Assembly: GCA_046758505.1 (NCBI GenBank)
Contig: JBHIAH010000004.1
Coordinates: forward strand, 32,001-96,000
Length of the DNA stretch: 64,000 bases
Direction: 5' to 3'
DNA from: Candidatus Methylomirabilales bacterium
GTDB lineage: Bacteria > Methylomirabilota > Methylomirabilia > Methylomirabilales > CSP1-5
In this document: one piece after another, positions 61,030 to 64,000 of the stretch
How the letters are laid out: each line of letters starts with the position of its first letter
Position numbering within the stretch: the first letter of the stretch is position 1
The notes under the pieces: generated by a model
What the model saw: the letters and a program-made list of their open reading frames with translations, nothing else
Told to the model about the DNA's origin: nothing
The model's database searches: none
Position numbers and translations under genes: made by a program

Positions 61030-62310
61030 TTATCCCCGATGCGTGCTCAAGGCGCTGACACCGGCATCGAACCCAAGGTCCGGCCGCTCCGTGATCGCCC
61101 CATCAAAGGACTTTAGGGTTGGTTTGATGGAGACGGTAGGCTTGAGCGCGTGAGAGACTACTTCCTGCGTCTTGAGGCCGTTGCCGGTAATGGAAAGCAC
61201 GACGCTCTCGTCGCGGGGAATGATCCCCTCCTCAATGAGCCGCTTCGCGACGGCCACCGTGACCCCTCCCGCCGTTTCTGTAAAGATCCCCTCCGTTGCG
61301 GCGAGCAGCGTCATCCCGGCGACGATCTCCTCGTCGCTCGCCTCTCCGGCAAATCCCCGACTCTCCTCGACGGCCTTGTACGCGTAATAGCCGTCCGCCG
61401 GGTTGCCGATGGCCAGGGATTTACAAATCGTGTGCGGGCGCACGGGCCGAATGGTCTCACACCGGTTACGAATCGCCGTCACGATGGGACTGCATCCGGC
61501 CGCTTGTGCCACATGCATCCGGGTGTGAGAATCGGGGATCAATCCCAACCGGTGAAACTCCTTGAGTCCCTTCCAAATCTTGGTGACGAGGGATCCGCCG
61601 GCCGCGGGGACGATAATGTGCTGGGGGGTGCGCCACCCCAGTTGCTCGACGATCTCGTAGCCGAAGGTTTTCGACCCCTCCGCGTAATAGGGCCGGATGT
61701 TGATGTTCACAAAGGCCCAGCCGTATTTGTCGGCCACCTCGCTGCAGAGACGGTTGACCTCATCGTAGTTTCCATCGACCGCCACCAGCACCGGATCATA
61801 GATCAAGGTCCCGATGATCTTCCCCTGCTCCAGATCGGCCGGAACAAAAATAAAGCTCTTGAGACCCGCCTCTGCCGCATGGGCGCCAACGGAGTTGGCC
61901 AGGTTCCCCGTAGAGGCGCAAGCGACCACCGGGAACCCAAATTCCATCGCCTTGGTCACCGCGACCGCCACGACCCGGTCCTTGAAAGAGAGGGACGGGT
62001 GGCAAACCGCATCGTTCTTGACGTAGAGTTCCCCGACCCCTAATGCATCGGCGAGGTTTTTCGCCCGAATCAGCGGCGTCATGCCGCAATGCCTTCCGAC
62101 CGGTATCTCCTGTTCGATGGGGAGCAAGTCGCGATACCGCCAGGCGCTGTACGGGCCGGCCTCGATCCGTTTCCGATTCACGATCGTCTGCAGGCTGGCG
62201 TAATCGTAGTCGACCTCGAGCGGCCCAAAGCAGAATTCGCAGACGTGGAGCGGCGCGGCTGGATAGGGACGGCCGCACTCCCGGCACTTCAGCCCTCTGA
62301 TTGTACCCAT
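61030..62310 (-). CDS. Threonine-synthase-like PLP enzyme
   Basis: N-terminal CxxC..CxxC, SFKDR PLP lysine, ASTGN, EGSKT, ITGNGLK. Confidence 0.88.
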   Translation of the reverse strand: MGTIRGLKCRECGRPYPAAPLHVCEFCFGPLEVDYDYASLQTIVNRKRIEAGPYSAWRYRDLLPIEQEIPVGRHCGMTPLIRAKNLADALGVGELYVKNDAVCHPSLSFKDRVVAVAVTKAMEFGFPVVACASTGNLANSVGAHAAEAGLKSFIFVPADLEQGKIIGTLIYDPVLVAVDGNYDEVNRLCSEVADKYGWAFVNINIRPYYAEGSKTFGYEIVEQLGWRTPQHIIVPAAGGSLVTKIWKGLKEFHRLGLIPDSHTRMHVAQAAGCSPIVTAIRNRCETIRPVRPHTICKSLAIGNPADGYYAYKAVEESRGFAGEASDEEIVAGMTLLAATEGIFTETAGGVTVAVAKRLIEEGIIPRDESVVLSITGNGLKTQEVVSHALKPTVSIKPTLKSFDGAITERPDLGFDAGVSALSTHRG

Positions 62311-62353
62311 CGAACCCTCCTGAGTCTGGGTTCTGCAGATCGATCGACACGCG

Positions 62354-62593
62354 TCACGATTTCTCCCGCACTTCCTCGACCGTGATGCCGAGACGCGTGA
62401 GGACCGTCATGCCTCTGGCCAGGTCCTCCTCTTGCCCGTCGAACTCCACGAGGACCTCTCCAATCGTGTCCGTGATCCGGGCCTTGCGGATGTTGGGCAC
62501 CAGGTTGCACTCCTTTGAAACCCGGTGAATCACCGGCTCCTTGATGAGATCGGGAGGATACCTTAGAGACCACCGTCGTCTCGCCACGCCCAC
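62354..62593 (-). CDS. Stand-alone NIL-domain protein
   Basis: L.YP..LI.EPVI......NIR.A.I....G...VE..G pattern. Confidence 0.75.
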   Translation of the reverse strand: MGVARRRWSLRYPPDLIKEPVIHRVSKECNLVPNIRKARITDTIGEVLVEFDGQEEDLARGMTVLTRLGITVEEVREKS

Positions 62594-62603
62594 TCACCCC
62601 CTC

Positions 62604-62635
62604 AAAAAAAACCCCCTTCTCCTCATGAGAAGGGG
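62604..62635 (-). terminator. Riboswitch expression-platform terminator
   Basis: CCCCTTCTC-ATGAG-GAGAAGGGG followed by G and T8 on minus. Confidence 0.85.
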
Positions 62636-62659
62636 TATGCATGACCGCTGCGCATCCAC

Positions 62660-62786
62660 CTCCTCATCTCTCACCCCGATGTGCGAGATCGGGATGCAGG
62701 AGTTGGCACTTCTTCCCGCCGACTTCGTCGGCGGGACCGTTGCCGCGGCTTCGTAGGGCCAGTCCCTCAGCCGCTCTTGATGAGAA
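62660..62786 (-). ncRNA. SAM-I (S-box) riboswitch
   Basis: Minus strand CTCATCAAGAG..GAGGGACTGGCCC..CGGCAAC..GTGCCAACTCCTGCA..AGATGAGG matches SAM-I core; terminator follows. Confidence 0.92.
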
Positions 62787-62850
62787 GTGAACTCGTATTC
62801 AATTGTCGCCTATACAAGCAAATGTCTTCCGTGCTGTCAAGCAAAAAACC

Positions 62851-63117
62851 TCACTGCACCACGTCCTGCTCGATGGGGCCCACCCGGACGCCCTGCTCCT
62901 CCAGCCATCGTATGCCGCTCGCAAGCTGCTCTTCCTCTCCTTCCAGCTCGGCCATGAGCCACCCGAGCCCCTCCGTGTAATCGGCCTGACGGATGTTGAA
63001 GACGAGATCAAAGCGCTCACACGCCTGCCACAACAGCGGCGCGTCCTTGAGCTTGCCAGGAAAGCTGAGGTGTACCCGCCTCTTCGCCACCGCTTCCTCC
63101 AGCCGACACACGACCAA
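62851..63117 (-). CDS. Stand-alone NIL-domain protein
   Basis: VHLSFP...P......FNIRQA....GWLMAELEG pattern; likely start at GTG of VAKRR. Confidence 0.75.
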   Translation of the reverse strand: MVVCRLEEAVAKRRVHLSFPGKLKDAPLLWQACERFDLVFNIRQADYTEGLGWLMAELEGEEEQLASGIRWLEEQGVRVGPIEQDVVQ

Positions 63118-63223
63118 TTTATTCTACCCGAAATTACAGCCAACGACAACCCCGGCGCTCGGATTCGCCTCGCGCGGAATCCGGGAAAACCGCCGCGCCG
63201 TGCCTGCGGCATCCCGGAATTAT

Positions 63224-64000
63224 TTAGATGCGGTAGTGGTCGGTGTTGGCCCACTGCACGAGGATCTCCGCCACCTCGCGCCGGGAGAACTCGGACGGGG
63301 GAAGCTCCACCCGGTGCAGCATCTCGCGCACCTTGGTTCCCGACAAGCTCACCCGCTCCTCGGGGCCGTGCGGGCAGGTCTTGGTCGTCGCCATGCCGTG
63401 GCAGCGCCGGCAATAGAAGGCATGATCGAAAAAGAGAGGCGTGATGCCGAGTTCTGCGGCCGAAAATTCCTGAAAGATCGCGTGGGAGTCGAACGTCCCG
63501 TAATAGTTCCCCACCCCGGCATGATCCCGGCCGACAATGAAATGGGTACACCCGTAGTTCTTGCGGATGAGGGCGTGAAAGATCGCCTCCCGCGGCCCCG
63601 CGTAGCGCATGGCCGCCGGGAGGACCGACAGGATCACCCGATCCTTCGGATAGTACCCATCCAACAGAACTTCATAGCAGCGCAGCCGCGTTTCCGGGGG
63701 GATGTCATCGGGCTTGGTCTCTCCCACCAACGGGTGGAGGAGGAGTCCATCCACCACCTCGAGGGCGCACTTCTGGATGTACTCGTGAGCCCGATGGACC
63801 GGGTTTCGGGTCTGAAAGCCCACCACCGTCCGCCACCCCCGATCTGTAAAGGCCCGACGCGTCTCTCTGGGGGTGAGATGGTAGGGATCAAAGCCGGGAT
63901 ACTGGGGGCGCTCGAGGAGACGGACGGGGCCGGCCAAGAGCACCTCTCCCTGCGCGTAGAGGGCGTGGACACCCGGGTGGGCCTCGTCGGTCGTCCGGTA
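63224..64000 (-). CDS. sat: Sulfate adenylyltransferase, 5'-truncated by window edge
   Basis: [35 protein letters not shown]. Confidence 0.96.
   Translation of the reverse strand, partial: YRTTDEAHPGVHALYAQGEVLLAGPVRLLERPQYPGFDPYHLTPRETRRAFTDRGWRTVVGFQTRNPVHRAHEYIQKCALEVVDGLLLHPLVGETKPDDIPPETRLRCYEVLLDGYYPKDRVILSVLPAAMRYAGPREAIFHALIRKNYGCTHFIVGRDHAGVGNYYGTFDSHAIFQEFSAAELGITPLFFDHAFYCRRCHGMATTKTCPHGPEERVSLSGTKVREMLHRVELPPSEFSRREVAEILVQWANTDHYRI

Overview
A GC-rich bacterial chromosomal segment made up mostly of core genes. The gene neighbourhoods resemble Deltaproteobacteria-like or NC10/Methylomirabilota genomes, but that is inference only. Genes from 1 to 12.1 kb are almost all on +: oppF-like, miaB, a SPOR protein, HU, a MerR regulator, an ExeA ATPase, surE, pcm, acyP, apt, three tRNAs and a small accessory cluster. 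Genes from 12.3 to 64 kb are almost all on -: a cyclase, ihfB, sppA, rpsA, plsC, cmk, aroA, miaA, ilvBNC, murJ, holA, lptE, leuS, truA, asd, leuACD, pssA/psd, alaS, recX/pilT/recA, phaR and a phaE-like gene, a B12 acyl-CoA mutase/CoA-transferase/EtfAB-Fe-S cluster, and a sulfur-assimilation cluster. The two orientations converge on a 28-bp dif-like XerCD site (12133-12160) followed by two extra XerD-like half-sites, so the window probably spans the replication terminus. Other notable observations: (1) a 20-bp 5' fragment of tRNA-Pro forms a direct repeat around an orphan ExeA ATPase; (2) inverted, 7-nt-periodic repeat elements occupy five intergenic spacers; (3) holA has no canonical start and likely uses CTG; (4) the mutase carries an isobutyryl-CoA-mutase-type signature; (5) a SAM-I riboswitch controls a NIL / ThrC-like / MoaD-like operon that likely makes homocysteine via a sulfur carrier. 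No CRISPR array, rRNA, integrase or transposase was seen. All calls are by eye from motifs; no searches were run.
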